Shown here: positions 13,301-29,100 of the stretch, piece by piece
Layout of the letters: every line of letters starts with the position of its first letter
How positions within the stretch are numbered: position 1 is the first letter of the stretch
Assembly (NCBI GenBank): GCA_964016885.1
Contig: OZ024740.1
Span: 415,400,001 to 415,464,000, forward strand
Length of the DNA: 64,000 bases
Direction of reading: 5' to 3'
Source: Eledone cirrhosa
Lineage: Eukaryota
Translations under genes and position numbers: made by a program
Notes under the pieces: generated by a model
Told to the model about the DNA's origin: nothing
Database searches by the model: none
Seen by the model: only the letters and a program-made list of their open reading frames with translations

Positions 13301-16300
13301 AACACTGTGGCTATGTACATATGATGTGTATGGGGGATGACAGTGAATCAGATATAGTGTGTAAGAGAGAACACTGTGGGTATGGACATATGTTGTGTAT
13401 GGGGGATGACAGTGAATCAGATATAGTGTGTAAGAGAGAACACTGTGGGTATGGACATATGTTGTGTATGGGGGAAGACAGTGAATCAGATATAGAGTGT
13501 AAGAGATAACACTGTGGGTATGGACATATGTTGTGTATGGGGGATGACAGTGAATCAGATATAGAGTGTAAGAGAGAACACTGTGGGTATGGACATATGT
13601 TGTGTATGGGGGATGACAGTGAATCAGATATAGTGTGTAAGAGAGAACACTGTGGGTATGGACATATGTTGTGTATGGGGGATGACAGTGAATCAGATAT
13701 AGTGTGTAAGACAGAACACTGTGGGTATGGACATATGTTGTGTATGGGGGATGACAGTGAATCAGATATAGTGTGTAAGAGAGAACACTGTGGGTATGGA
13801 CATATGTTGTGTATGGGGGATGACAGTAAATCAGATATAGAGTGTAAGAGAGAACACTGTGGGTATTGACATATGATGTGTATGGGGGATGACAGTAAAT
13901 CAGATATAGAGTGTACGAGAGAACACTGTGGGTATGGACATATGTTGTGTATGGGGGATGACAGTGAATCAGATATAGAGTGTAAGAGAGAACACTGTGG
14001 GTATGGACATATGTTGTGTATGGGGGATGACAGTGAATCAGATATAGAGTGTAAGAGAGAACACTGTGGGTATGGACATATGTTGTGTGTGGCGGATGAC
14101 AGTGAATCAGATATGGTGTGTAAGAGAGAACACTGTGGGTATGGACATATGTTGTGTATGGGGGATGACAGTAAATCAGATATAGAGTGTAAGAGAGAAC
14201 ACTGTGGGTATGGACATATGTTGTGTGTGGCGGATGACAGTGAATCAGATATAGTGTGTAAGAGTGAACACTGTGGGTATGGACATATGTTGTGTATGGG
14301 GGATGACAGTGATGCAGATATAGTGTGTAAGAGAGAACACTGTGGGTATGGACATATGTTGTGTATGGGGGATGACAGTGAATCAGATATAGAATGTAAG
14401 AGAGAACACGGTGGGTATGGACATATGTTGTATATGGGGCATGACAGTAAATCAGATATAGAATGTAAGAGAGAACACTGTGGGTATGGAGATATGTTGT
14501 GTATGGGGGATGACAGTGAATCAGTTATAGAGTGTAAGAGAGAACACTGTGGGTATGGACATATGTTATGTATGGGGGATGACAGTAAATCAGATATAGT
14601 GTGTAAGAGAGAAAACTGTAGGTATGGACATATGTTGTGTATGGTGGATGACAGTGAATCAGATATTGTGTGTAAGAGAGAACACTGTGGGTATGGACAT
14701 ATGATGTGTATGGGGGATGACAGTGAATCAGATATAGTGTGTAAGAGAGAACACTGTGAGTATGGACATATGTTGTGTATGGGGGATGACAGTGAATCAG
14801 ATATAGTGTGTAAGAGAGAACACTGTGGGTATGGACATATGTTGTGTATGGGGCATGACAGTGAATCAGATATAGTGTGTAAGAGAGAACACTGTGGGTA
14901 TGGACATATGTTGTGTATGGGGGATGACAGTGAATCAGATATAGTGTGTAAGAGAGAACACTCTGGGTATGGACATATGTTGTGTATGGGGGATGACAGT
15001 GAATCAGATATAGAGTGTAAGAGAGAACACTGTGGGTATGGACATATGTTGTGTATGGGGGATGACAGTGAATCAGATATAGTGTGTAAGAGAGAACACT
15101 GAGGGTATGGACATATGTTGTGTATGGGGGAAGACAGTGAATCAGATATAGTGTGTAAGCGAGAGCACTGTGGGTATGGACATATGATGTGTATGGGGGA
15201 AGACAGTGAATCAGATATAGTGTGTAAGAGAGAACACTGTGGGTATGGACATATGTTGTGTATGGGGGATGACAGTGAATCAGATATAGTGTGTAAGAGA
15301 GAACACTGTGGGTATGGACATATGTTGTGTATGGGGGATGACAGTGAATCAGATATAGTGTGTAAGAGAGAACACTGTGGGTATGGACATATGTTGTGTA
15401 TGGGGGATGACAGTGAATCAGATATAGTGTGTAAGAGAGAACACTGTGGGTATGGACATATGTTGTGTATGGGGGATGACAGTGAATCAGATATAGAATG
15501 TAAGAGAGAACACGGTGGGTATGGACATATGTTGTATATGGGGCATGACAGTAAATCAGATATAGAATGTAAGAGAGAACACTGTGGGTATGGAGATATG
15601 TTGTGTATGGGGGATGACAGTGAATCAGATATAGTGTGTAAGAGAGAACACTGTGAGTATGGACATGTGTTGTGTATGGGGGATGACAGTGAATCAGATA
15701 TAGAGTGTAAGAGAGAACACTGTGGGTATGGACATATGTTGTGTATGGGGGATGACAGTGAATCAGATATAGTTTGTAAGAGAGAACACTGTGGGTATGG
15801 ACATATGTTGTGTATGGGGGATGACAGTAAATCAGATATAGAGTGTAAGAGAGAACACTGTGGGTATGGACATATGTTGTGTATGGGGATGACAGTGAAT
15901 CAGATATAGTGTGTAAGAGAGAACACTGTGGGTATGGACATATGTTGTGTATGGGGGATGACAGTAAATCAGATATAGAGTGTAAGAGAGAACACTGTGG
16001 GTATGGACATATGTTGTGTATGGGGGATGACAGTGAATCAGATATAGTGTGTAAGAGAGAACACTGTGGGTATGGACATATGTTGTGTATGGGGGATGAC
16101 AGTAAATCAGATATAGAGTGTAAGAGAGAACACTGTGGGTATGGACATATGTTGTGTATGGGGGATGACAGTGAATCAGATATAGAGTGTAAGAGAGAAC
16201 ACTGTGGGTATGGACATATGTTGTGTGTGGCGGATGACAGTGAATCAGATATGGTGTGTAAGAGAGAACACTGTGGGTATGGACATATGTTGTGTATGGG

Positions 16301-17249
16301 GGATGACAGTAAATCAGATATAGAGTGTAAGAGAGAACACTGTGGGTATGGACATATGTTGTGTGTGGCGGATGACAGTGAATCAGATATAGTGTGTAAG
16401 AGAGAACACTGTGGGTATGGACATATGTTGTGTATGGGGGATGACAGTGAAGCAGATATAGTGTGTAAGAGAGAACACTGTGGGTATGGACATATGTTGT
16501 GTATGGGGGATGACAGTGAATCAGATATAGAATGTAAGAGAGAACACGGTGGGTATGGACATATGTTGTATATGGGGCATGACAGTAAATCAGATATAGA
16601 ATGTAAGAGAGAACACTGTGGGTATGGAGATATGTTGTGTATGGGGGATGACAGTGAATCAGTTATAGAGTGTAAGAGAGAACACTGTGGGTATGGACAT
16701 ATGTTATGTATGGGGGATGACAGTAAATCAGATATAGTGTGTAAGAGAGAAAACTGTAGGTATGGACATATGTTGTGTATGGTGGATGACAGTGAATCAG
16801 ATATTGTGTGTAAGAGAAAACACTGTGGGTATGGACATATGATGTGTATGGGGGATGACAGTGAATCAGATATAGTGTGTAAGAGAGAACACTGTGAGTA
16901 TGGACATATGTTGTGTATGGGGGATGACAGTGAATCAGATATAGTGTGTAAGAGAGAACACTGTGGGTATGGACATATGTTGTGTATGGGGCATGACAGT
17001 GAATCAGATATAGTGTGTAAGAGAGAACACTGTGGGTATGGACATATGTTGTGTATGGGGGATGACAGTGAATCAGATATAGTGTGTAAGAGAGAACACT
17101 GAGGGTATGGACATATGTTGTGTATGGGGGAAGACAGTGAATCAGATATAGTGTGTAAGCGAGAGCACTGTGGGTATGGACATATGATGTGTATGGGGGA
17201 AGACAGTGAATCAGATATAGTGTGTAAGAGAGAACACTGTGGGTATGGA

Positions 17250-20200
17250 CATATGTTGTGTATGGGGGATGACAGTGAATCAGATATAGTGTGTAAGAGA
17301 GAACACTGTGGGTATGGACATATGTTGTGTATGGGGGATGACAGTGAATCAGATATAGTGTGTAAGAGAGAACACTGTGGGTATGGACATATGTTGTGTA
17401 TGGGGGATGACAGTGAATCAGATATAGTGTGTAAGAGAGAACACTGTGGGTATGGACATATGTTGTGTATGGGGAATGACAGTGAATCAGATATAGAATG
17501 TAAGAGAGAACACGGTGGGTATGGACATATGTTGTATATGGGGCATGACAGTAAATCAGATATAGAATGTAAGAGAGAACACTGTGGGTATGGAGATATG
17601 TTGTGTATGGGGGAGGACAGTGAATCAGATATAGTGTGTAAGAGAGAACACTGTGAGTATGGACATATGTTGTGTATGGGGGATGACAGTGAATCAGATA
17701 TAGAGTGTAAGAGAGAACACTGTGGGTATGGACATATGTTGTGTATGGGGGATGACAGTGAATCAGATATAGTTTGTAAGAGAGAACACTGTGGGTATGG
17801 ACATATGTTGTGTATGGGGGATGACAGTAAATCAGATATAGAGTGTAAGAGAGAACACTGTGGGTATGGACATATGTTGTGTATGGGGGATGACAGTGAA
17901 TCAGATATAGTGTGTAAGAGAGAACACTGTGGGTATGGACATATGTTGTGTATGGGGGATGACAGAAATCAGATATAGAGTGTAAGAGAGAACACTGTGG
18001 GTATGGACATATGTTGTGTATGGGGGATGACAGTGAATCAGATATAGTGTGTAAGAGAGAACACTGTGGGTATGGACATATGTTGTGTATGGGGGATGAC
18101 AGTAAATCAGATATAGAGTGTAAGAGAGAACACTGTGGGTATGGACATATGTTGTGTATGAGGGATGACAGTAAATCAGATATAGAGTGTAAGAGAGAAC
18201 ACTGTGGGTATTGACATATGTTGTGTATGGGGGATGACAGTAAATCAGATATAGAGTGTAAGAGAGAACACTGTGGGTATGGACATATGTTGTGTATGGG
18301 GGATGACAGTGAATCAGATATGGTGTGTAAGAGAGAACACTGTGGGTATGGACATATGTTGTGTATGGGGGATGACAGTAAATCAGATATAGAGTGTAAG
18401 AGAGAACACTGTGGGTATGGACATATGTTGTGTGTGGCGGATGACAGTGAATCAGATATAGTGTGTAAGAGAGAACACTGTGGGTATGGACATATGTTGT
18501 GTATGGGGGATGACAGTGAAGCAGATATAGTGTGTAAGAGAGAACACTGTGGGTATGGACATATGTTGTGTATGGGGGATGACAGTGAATCAGATATAGA
18601 ATGTAAGAGAGAACACGGTGGGTATGGACATATGTTGTATATGGGGCATGACAGTAAATCAGATATAGAATGTAAGAGAGAACACTGTGGGTATGGAGAT
18701 ATGTTGTGTATGGGGGATGAAAGTGAATCAGTTATAGAGTGTAAGAGAGAACACTGTGGGTATGGACATATGTTATGTATGGGGGATGACAGTAAATCAG
18801 ATATAGTGTGTAAGAGAGAAAACTGTAGGTATGGACATATGTTGTGTATGGTGGATGACAGTGAATCAGATATAGTGTGTAAGAGAGAACACTGTGGGTA
18901 TGGACATATGTTGTGTATGGTGGATGACAGTGAATCAGATATAGAGTGTAAGAGAGAACACTGTGGGTATGGACATATGTTGTGTATGGGGGATGACAGT
19001 GAATCAGATATAGAATGTAAGAGAGAGCACTGTGGGTATGGACATATGATGTGTATGGGGGAAGACAGTGAATCAGATATAGTGTGTAAGAGAGAACACT
19101 GTGGGTATGGACATATGTTGTGTATGGGGGATGACAGTGAATCAGATATAGTGTGTAAGAGAGAACACTGTGGGTATGGACATATGTTGTGTATGGGGGA
19201 TGACAGTGAATCAGATATAGTGTGTAAGAGAGAACACTGTGGGTATGGACATATGTTGTGTATGGGGGATGACAGTGAATCAGATATAGTGTGTAAGAGA
19301 GAACACTGTGGGTATGGACATATGATGTGTATGGGGGAAGACAGAGAATCAGATATAGAGTGTAAGAGAGAACACTGTGGGTATGGACATATGTTATATA
19401 TGGGGGATGACAGTAAATCAGATATAGTGTGTAAGAGAGAAAACTGTAGGTATGGACATATGTTGTGTATGGTGGATGACAGTGAATCAGATATTGTGTG
19501 TAAGAGAGAACACTGTGGGTATGAACATATGATGTGTATGGGGGATGACAGTGAATCAGATATAGTGTGTAAGAGAGAACACTGTGGGTATGGACATATG
19601 TTGTGTATGGGGCATGACAGTGAATCAGATATAGTGTGTAAGAGAGAACACTGTGGGTATGGACATATGTTGTGTATGGGGGATGACAGTGAATCAGATA
19701 TAGAGTGTAAGAGAGAACACTGTGGGTATGGACATATGTTGTGTATGGGGGATGACAGTGAATCAGATATAATGTGTAAGAGAGAACACTGTGGGTATGG
19801 ACATATGTTGTGTATGGGGGATGACAGTGAATCAGATATAGTGTGTAAGAGAGAACAGTGTGGGTATGGACATATGTTGTGTATGGGGGATGACAGTGAA
19901 TCAGATATAGTGTGTAAGAGAGAACACTGTGGGTATGGACATATGTTGTGTATGGGGGAAGACAGTGAATCAGATATAGAGTGTAAGAGATAACACTGTG
20001 GGTATGGACATATGATGTGTATGGGGGAAGACAGAGAATCAGATATAGAGTGTAAGAGAGAACACTGTGGGTATGGACATATGTTGTGTATGGGGGAAGA
20101 CAGTGAATCAGATATAGTGTGTAAGAGAGAACACTGTGGCTATGTACATATGATGTGTATGGGGGATGACAGTGAATCAGATATAGTGTGTAAGAGAGAA

Positions 20201-23200
20201 CACTGTGGGTATGGACATATGTTGTGTATGGGGGATGACAGTGAATCAGATATAGTGTGTAAGAGAGAACACTGTGGGTATGGACATATGTTGTGTATGG
20301 GGGAAGACAGTGAATCAGATATAGAGTGTAAGAGATAACACTGTGGGTATGGACATATGTTGTGTATGGGGGATGACAGTGAATAAGATATAGAGTGTAA
20401 GAGAGAACACTGTGGGTATGGACATATGTTGTGTATGGGGGATGACAGTGAATCAGATATAGTGTGTAAGAGAGAACACTGTGGGTATGGACATATGTTG
20501 TGTATGGGGGATGACAGTGAATCAGATATAGTGTGTAAGACAGAACACTGTGGGTATGGACATATGTTGTGTATGGGGGATGACAGTGAATCAGATATAG
20601 TGTGTAAGAGAGAACACTGTGGGTATGGACATATGTTGTGTATGGGGGATGACAGTAAATCAGATATAGAGTGTAAGAGAGAACACTGTGGGTATTGACA
20701 TATGTTGTGTATGGGGGATGACAGTAAATCAGATATAGAGTGTAAGAGAGAACACTGTGGGTATGGACATATGTTGTGTATGGGGGATGACAGTGAATCA
20801 GATATAGAGTGTAAGAGAGAACACTGTGGGTATGGACATATGTTGTGTATGGGGGATGACAGTGAATCAGATATAGAGTGTAAGAGAGAACACTGTGGGT
20901 ATGGACATATGTTGTGTGTGGCGGATGACAGTGAATCAGATATAGTGTGTAAGAGAGAACACTGTGGGTATGGACATATGTTGTGTATGGGGGATGACAG
21001 TGAAGCAGATATAGTGTGTAAGAGAGAACACTCTGGGTATGGACATATGTTGTGTATGGGGGATGACAGTAAATCAGATATAGAGTGTAAGAGAGAACAC
21101 TGTGGGTATGGACATATGTTGTGTATGGGGGATGACAGTGAATCAGATATAGTGTGTAAGAGAGAACACTGTGGGTATGGACATATGTTGTGTATGGGGG
21201 ATGACAGTGAATCAGATATAGTGTGTAAGAGAGAACACTGTGGGTATGGACATATGTTGTGTATGGGGGATGACAGTGAATCAGATATAGTGTGTAAGAG
21301 AGAACACTGTGGGTATGGACATATGTTGTGTATGGGGAATGACAGTGAATCAGATATAGAATGTAAGAGAGAACACGGTGGGTATGGACATATGTTGTAT
21401 ATGGGGCATGACAGTAAATCAGATATAGAATGTAAGAGAGAACACTGTGGGTATGGAGATATGTTGTGTATGGGGGAGGACAGTGAATCAGATATAGTGT
21501 GTAAGAGAGAACACTGTGAGTATGGACATATGTTGTGTATGGGGGATGACAGTGAATCAGATATAGAGTGTAAGAGAGAACACTGTGGGTATGGACATAT
21601 GTTGTGTATGGGGGATGACAGTGAATCAGATATAGTTTGTAAGAGAGAACACTGTGGGTATGGACATATGTTGTGTATGGGGGATGACAGTAAATCAGAT
21701 ATAGAGTGTAAGAGAGAACACTGTGGGTATGGACATATGTTGTGTATGGGGGATGACAGTGAATCAGATATAGTGTGTAAGAGAGAACACTGTGGGTATG
21801 GACATATGTTGTGTATGGGGGATGACAGAAATCAGATATAGAGTGTAAGAGAGAACACTGTGGGTATGGACATATGTTGTGTATGGGGGATGACAGTGAA
21901 TCAGATATAGTGTGTAAGAGAGAACACTGTGGGTATGGACATATGTTGTGTATGGGGGATGACAGTAAATCAGATATAGAGTGTAAGAGAGAACACTGTG
22001 GGTATGGACATATGTTGTGTATGAGGGATGACAGTAAATCAGATATAGAGTGTAAGAGAGAACACTGTGGGTATTGACATATGTTGTGTATGGGGGATGA
22101 CAGTAAATCAGATATAGAGTGTAAGAGAGAACACTGTGGGTATGGACATATGTTGTGTATGGGGGATGACAGTGAATCAGATATGGTGTGTAAGAGAGAA
22201 CACTGTGGGTATGGACATATGTTGTGTATGGGGGATGACAGTAAATCAGATATAGAGTGTAAGAGAGAACACTGTGGGTATGGACATATGTTGTGTGTGG
22301 CGGATGACAGTGAATCAGATATAGTGTGTAAGAGAGAACACTGTGGGTATGGACATATGTTGTGTATGGGGGATGACAGTGAAGCAGATATAGTGTGTAA
22401 GAGAGAACACTGTGGGTATGGACATATGTTGTGTATGGGGGATGACAGTGAATCAGATATAGAATGTAAGAGAGAACACGGTGGGTATGGACATATGTTG
22501 TATATGGGGCATGACAGTAAATCAGATATAGAATGTAAGAGAGAACACTGTGGGTATGGAGATATGTTGTGTATGGGGGATGAAAGTGAATCAGTTATAG
22601 AGTGTAAGAGAGAACACTGTGGGTATGGACATATGTTATGTATGGGGGATGACAGTAAATCAGATATAGTGTGTAAGAGAGAAAACTGTAGGTATGGACA
22701 TATGTTGTGTATGGTGGATGACAGTGAATCAGATATAGTGTGTAAGAGAGAACACTGTGGGTATGGACATATGTTGTGTATGGTGGATGACAGTGAATCA
22801 GATATAGAGTGTAAGAGAGAACACTGTGGGTATGGACATATGTTGTGTATGGGGGATGACAGTGAATCAGATATAGAATGTAAGAGAGAGCACTGTGGGT
22901 ATGGACATATGATGTGTATGGGGGAAGACAGTGAATCAGATATAGTGTGTAAGAGAGAACACTGTGGGTATGGACATATGTTGTGTATGGGGGATGACAG
23001 TGAATCAGATATAGTGTGTAAGAGAGAACACTGTGGGTATGGACATATGTTGTGTATGGGGGATGACAGTGAATCAGATATAGTGTGTAAGAGAGAACAC
23101 TGTGGGTATGGACATATGTTGTGTATGGGGGATGACAGTGAATCAGATATAGTGTGTAAGAGAGAACACTGTGGGTATGGACATATGATGTGTATGGGGG

Positions 23201-25000
23201 AAGACAGAGAATCAGATATAGAGTGTAAGAGAGAACACTGTGGGTATGGACATATGTTATATATGGGGGATGACAGTAAATCAGATATAGTGTGTAAGAG
23301 AGAAAACTGTAGGTATGGACATATGTTGTGTATGGTGGATGACAGTGAATCAGATATTGTGTGTAAGAGAGAACACTGTGGGTATGAACATATGATGTGT
23401 ATGGGGGATGACAGTGAATCAGATATAGTGTGTAAGAGAGAACACTGTGGGTATGGACATATGTTGTGTATGGGGCATGACAGTGAATCAGATATAGTGT
23501 GTAAGAGAGAACACTGTGGGTATGGACATATGTTGTGTATGGGGGATGACAGTGAATCAGATATAGAGTGTAAGAGAGAACACTGTGGGTATGGACATAT
23601 GTTGTGTATGGGGGATGACAGTGAATCAGATATAATGTGTAAGAGAGAACACTGTGGGTATGGACATATGTTGTGTATGGGGGATGACAGTGAATCAGAT
23701 ATAGTGTGTAAGAGAGAACAGTGTGGGTATGGACATATGTTGTGTATGGGGGATGACAGTGAATCAGATATAGTGTGTAAGAGAGAACACTGTGGGTATG
23801 GACATATGTTGTGTATGGGGGAAGACAGTGAATCAGATATAGAGTGTAAGAGATAACACTGTGGGTATGGACATATGATGTGTATGGGGGAAGACAGAGA
23901 ATCAGATATAGAGTGTAAGAGAGAACACTGTGGGTATGGACATATGTTGTGTATGGGGGAAGACAGTGAATCAGATATAGTGTGTAAGAGAGAACACTGT
24001 GGCTATGTACATATGATGTGTATGGGGGATGACAGTGAATCAGATATAGTGTGTAAGAGAGAACACTGTGGGTATGGACATATGTTGTGTATGGGGGATG
24101 ACAGTGAATCAGATATAGTGTGTAAGAGAGAACACTGTGGGTATGGACATATGTTGTGTATGGGGGAAGACAGTGAATCAGATATAGAGTGTAAGAGATA
24201 ACACTGTGGGTATGGACATATGTTGTGTATGGGGGATGACAGTGAATAAGATATAGAGTGTAAGAGAGAACACTGTGGGTATGGACATATGTTGTGTATG
24301 GGGGATGACAGTGAATCAGATATAGTGTGTAAGAGAGAACACTGTGGGTATGGACATATGTTGTGTATGGGGGATGACAGTGAATCAGATATAGTGTGTA
24401 AGACAGAACACTGTGGGTATGGACATATGTTGTGTATGGGGGATGACAGTGAATCAGATATAGTGTGTAAGAGAGAACACTGTGGGTATGGACATATGTT
24501 GTGTATGGGGGATGACAGTAAATCAGATATAGAGTGTAAGAGAGAACACTGTGGGTATTGACATATGTTGTGTATGGGGGATGACAGTAAATCAGATATA
24601 GAGTGTAAGAGAGAACACTGTGGGTATGGACATATGTTGTGTATGGGGGATGACAGTGAATCAGATATAGAGTGTAAGAGAGAACACTGTGGGTATGGAC
24701 ATATGTTGTGTATGGGGGATGACAGTGAATCAGATATAGAGTGTAAGAGAGAACACTGTGGGTATGGACATATGTTGTGTGTGGCGGATGACAGTGAATC
24801 AGATATAGTGTGTAAGAGAGAACACTGTGGGTATGGACATATGTTGTGTATGGGGGATGACAGTGAAGCAGATATAGTGTGTAAGAGAGAACACTCTGGG
24901 TATGGACATATGTTGTGTATGGGGGATGACAGTAAATCAGATATAGAGTGTAAGAGAGAACACTGTGGGTATGGACATATGTTGTGTATGGGGGATGACA
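17250..25000. repeat. Tandem duplication of a 56-monomer (3,863-bp) block; boundaries approximate
   Basis: Rare markers recur at offset 3,863 (56 x 69 - 1): gggAATgac at 17475/21338, the 1-bp deletion gacagaaatc at ~17965/~21828, and cactCtggg at 21031/24894. ORF starts 18218/22081, 20012/23875 and 20702/24565 share the offset. Confidence 0.92.
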
Positions 25001-26149
25001 GTGAATCAGATATAGTGTGTAAGAGAGAACACTGTGGGTATGGACATATGTTGTGTATGGGGGATGACTGTAAATCAGATATAGAATGTAAGAGAGAACA
25101 CGGTGGGTATGGACATATGTTGTATATGGGGCATGACAGTAAATCAGATATAGAATGTAAGAGAGAACACTGTGGGTATGGAGATATGTTGTGTATGGGG
25201 GATGACAGTGAATCAGTTATAGAGTGTAAGAGAGAACACTGTGGGTATGGACATATGTTATGTATGGGGGATGACAGTAAATCAGATATAGTGTGTAAGA
25301 GAGAAAACTGTAGGTATGGACATATGTTGTGTATGGTGGATGACAATGAATCAGATATTGTGTGTAAGAGAGAACACTGTGGGTATGGACATATGATGTG
25401 TATGGGGGATGACAGTGAATCAGATATAGTGTGTAAGAGAGAACACTGTGGGTATGGACATATGTTGTGTATGGGGGATGACAGTGAATCAGATATAGTG
25501 TGTAAGAGAGAACACTGTGGGTATGGACATATGTTGTGTATGGGGCATGACAGTGAATCAGATATAGTGTGTAAGAGAGAACACTGTGGGTATGGACATA
25601 TGTTGTGTATGGGGGATGACAGTGAATCAGATATAGTGTGTAAGAGAGAACACTGTGGGTATGGACATATGTTGTGTATGGGGGATGACAGTGAATCAGA
25701 TATAGTGTGTAAGAGAGAACACTGTGGGTAAGGACATATGTTGTGTATGGGGGATGACAGTGAATCAGATATAGTGTGTAAGAGAGAACACTGTGGGTAT
25801 GGACATATGTTGTGTATGGGGGATGACAGTGAATCAGATATAGAATGTAAGAGAGAACACGGTGGGTATGGACATATGTTGTATATGGGGCATGACAGTA
25901 AATCAGATATAGAATGTAAGAGAGAACACTGTGGGTATGGAGATATGTTGTGTATGGGGGATGACAGTGAATCAGTTATAGAGTGTAAGAGAGAACACTG
26001 TGGGTATGGACATATGTTATGTATGGGGGATGACAGTAAATCAGATATAGTGTGTAAGAGAGAAAACTGTAGGTATGGACATATGTTGTGTATGGTGGAT
26101 GACAGTGAATCAGATATTGTGTGTAAGAGAGAACACTGTGGGTATGGAC

Positions 26150-29100
26150 ATATGATGTGTATGGGGGAAGACAGTGAGTCAGATATAGTGTGTAAGCGAG
26201 AGCACTGTGGGTATGGACATATGATGTGTATGGGGGAAGACAGTGAATCAGATATAGTGTGTAAGAGAGAACACTGTGGGTATGGACATATGTTGTGTAT
26301 GGGGGATGACAGTGAATCAGATATAGTGTGTAAGAGAGAACACTGTGGGTATGGACATATGTTGTGTATGGGGGATGACAGTGAATCAGATATAGTGTGT
26401 AAGAGAGAACACTGTGGGTATGGACATATGTTGTATATGGGGGATGACAGTGAATCAGATATAGTGTGTAAGAGAGAACACTGTGGGTATGGACATATGT
26501 TGTGTATGGGGGATGACAGTGAATCAGATATAGAGTGTAAGAGAGAACACTGTGGGTATGGACATACGTTGTGTATGCGGGATGACAGTGAATCTGATAT
26601 AGAGTGTAAGAGAGAACACTGTGGGTATGGACATATGTTGTGTGTGGCGGATGACAGTGAATCAGATATAGAGTGTAAGAGAGAACACTGTGGGTATGGA
26701 CATATGTTGTGTATGGGGGATGACAGTGAATCAGATATAGTGTGTAAGAGAGAACACTGTGGGTATGGACATATGTTGTGTATGGGGGATGACAGTAAAT
26801 CAGATATAGAGTGTAAGAGAGAACACTGTGGGTATGGACATATGTTGTGTATGGGGGATGACAGTGAATCAGATATAGTGTGTAAGAGAGAACACTGTGG
26901 GTATGGACATATGTTGTGTATGGGGGATGACAGTAAATCAGATATAGAGTGTAAGAGAGAACACTGTGGGTATGGACATATGTTGTGTATGGGGGAAGAC
27001 AGTGAATCAGATATAGTGTGTAAGAGAGAACACTGTGGGTATGGACATATGTTGTGTATGGGGGATGACAGTGAATCAGATATAGAATGTAAGAGAGAAC
27101 ACTGTGGGTATGGACATATGTTGTGTATGGGGGATGACAGTGAATCAGATATAGTGTGTAAGAGAGAACACTGTGGGTATGGACATATGTTGTGTATGGG
27201 GGATGACAGTGAATCAGATATAGTGTGTAAGAGAGAACACTGTGGGTATGGACATATGTTGTGTATGGGGGATGACAGTGAATCAGATATAGTGTTTAAG
27301 AGAGAACACTGTGGGTATGGACATATGTTGTGTATGGGGGATGACAGTGAATCAGATATAGAGTGTAAGAGAGAACACTGTGGGTATGGAAATATGTTGT
27401 GTATGGGGGATGACAGTGAATCAGATATAGTGTGTAAGAGAGAACACTGTGGGTATGGACATATGTTGTGTATGGGGGATGACAGTAAATCAGATATAGA
27501 GTGTCAGAGAGAACACTGTGGGTATGGACATATGTTGTGTATGGGGGATGACAGTGAAACAGATATAGTGTGTAAGAGAGAACACTGTGGGTATGGACAT
27601 ATGTTGTGTATGGGGGATGACAGTGAATCAGATATAGTGTGTAAGAGAGAACACTGTGGGTATGGACATATGTTGTGTATGAGGGATGACAGTAAATCAG
27701 ATATAGAGTGTAAGAGAGAACACTGTGGGTATGGACATATGTTGTGTATGGGGGATGACAGTGAATCAGATATAGTGTGTAAGAGAGAACACTGTGGGTA
27801 TGGACATATGTTGTGTATGGGGGATGACAGTAAATCAGATATAGAGTGTAAGAGAGAACACTGTGGGTATGGACATATGTTGTGTATGGGGGATGACAGT
27901 GAATCAGATATAGTGTGTAAGAGAGAACACTGTGGGTATGGACATATGTTGTGTATGGGGGATGACAGTGAATCAGATATAGAATGTAAGAGAGAACACG
28001 GTGGGTATGGACATATGTTGTACATGGGGCATGACAGTAAATCAGATATAGAATGTAAGAGAGAACACTGTGGGTATGGAGATATGTTGTGTATGGGGGA
28101 TGACAGTGAATCAGATATAGTGAGTAAGAGAGAACACTGTGGGTATGGACATATGTTGTGTATGGGGGATGACAGTGAATCAGATATAGAGTGTAAGAGA
28201 GAACACTGTGGGTATGGACATATGTTGTGTATGGGGGATGACAGTGAATCAGATATAGTGTGTAAGAGAGAACACTGTGGGTATGGACATATGTTGTGTA
28301 TGGGGGAAGACAGTGAGTCAGATATAGTGTGTAAGCGAGAGCACTGTGGGTATGGACATATGATGTGTATGGGGGAAGACAGTGAATCAGATATAGTGTG
28401 TAAGAGAGAACACTGTGGGTATGGACATATGTTGTGTATGGGGGATGACAGTGAATCAGATATAGTGTGTAAGAGAGAACACTGTGGGTATGGACATATG
28501 TTGTGTATGGGGGATGACAGTGAATCAGATATAGTGTGTAAGAGAGAACACTGTGGGTATGGGCATATGTTGTATATGGGGGATGACAGTGAATCAGATA
28601 TAGTGTGTAAGAGAGAACACTGTGGGTATGGACATATGTTGTGTATGGGGGATGACAGTGAATCAGATATAGAGTGTAAGAGAGAACACTGTGGGTATGG
28701 ACATACGTTGTGTATGCGGGATGACAGTGAATCTGATATAGAGTGTAAGAGAGAACACTGTGGGTATGGACATTTGTTGTGTGTGGCGGATGACAGTGAA
28801 TCAGATATAGAGTGTAAGAGAGAACACTGTGGGTATGGACATATGTTGTGTATGGGGGATGACAGTGAATCAGATATAGTGTGTAAGAGAGAACACTGTG
28901 GGTATGGACATATGTTGTGTATGGGGGATGACAGTAAATCAGATATAGAGTGTAAGAGAGAACACTGTGGGTATGGACATATGTTGTGTATGGGGGATGA
29001 CAGTGAATCAGATATAGTGTGTAAGAGAGAACACTGTGGGTATGGACATATGTTGTGTATGGGGGATGACAGTAAATCAGATATAGAGTGTAAGAGAGAA

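Noticed and set aside
2833-15102. C2H2 zinc-finger array or metallothionein-like gene
   Set aside because: The period is 23 aa rather than 28. There is no C-x2-4-C-x12-H-x3-5-H pattern, no TGEKP linker and no CxC/CC clusters.
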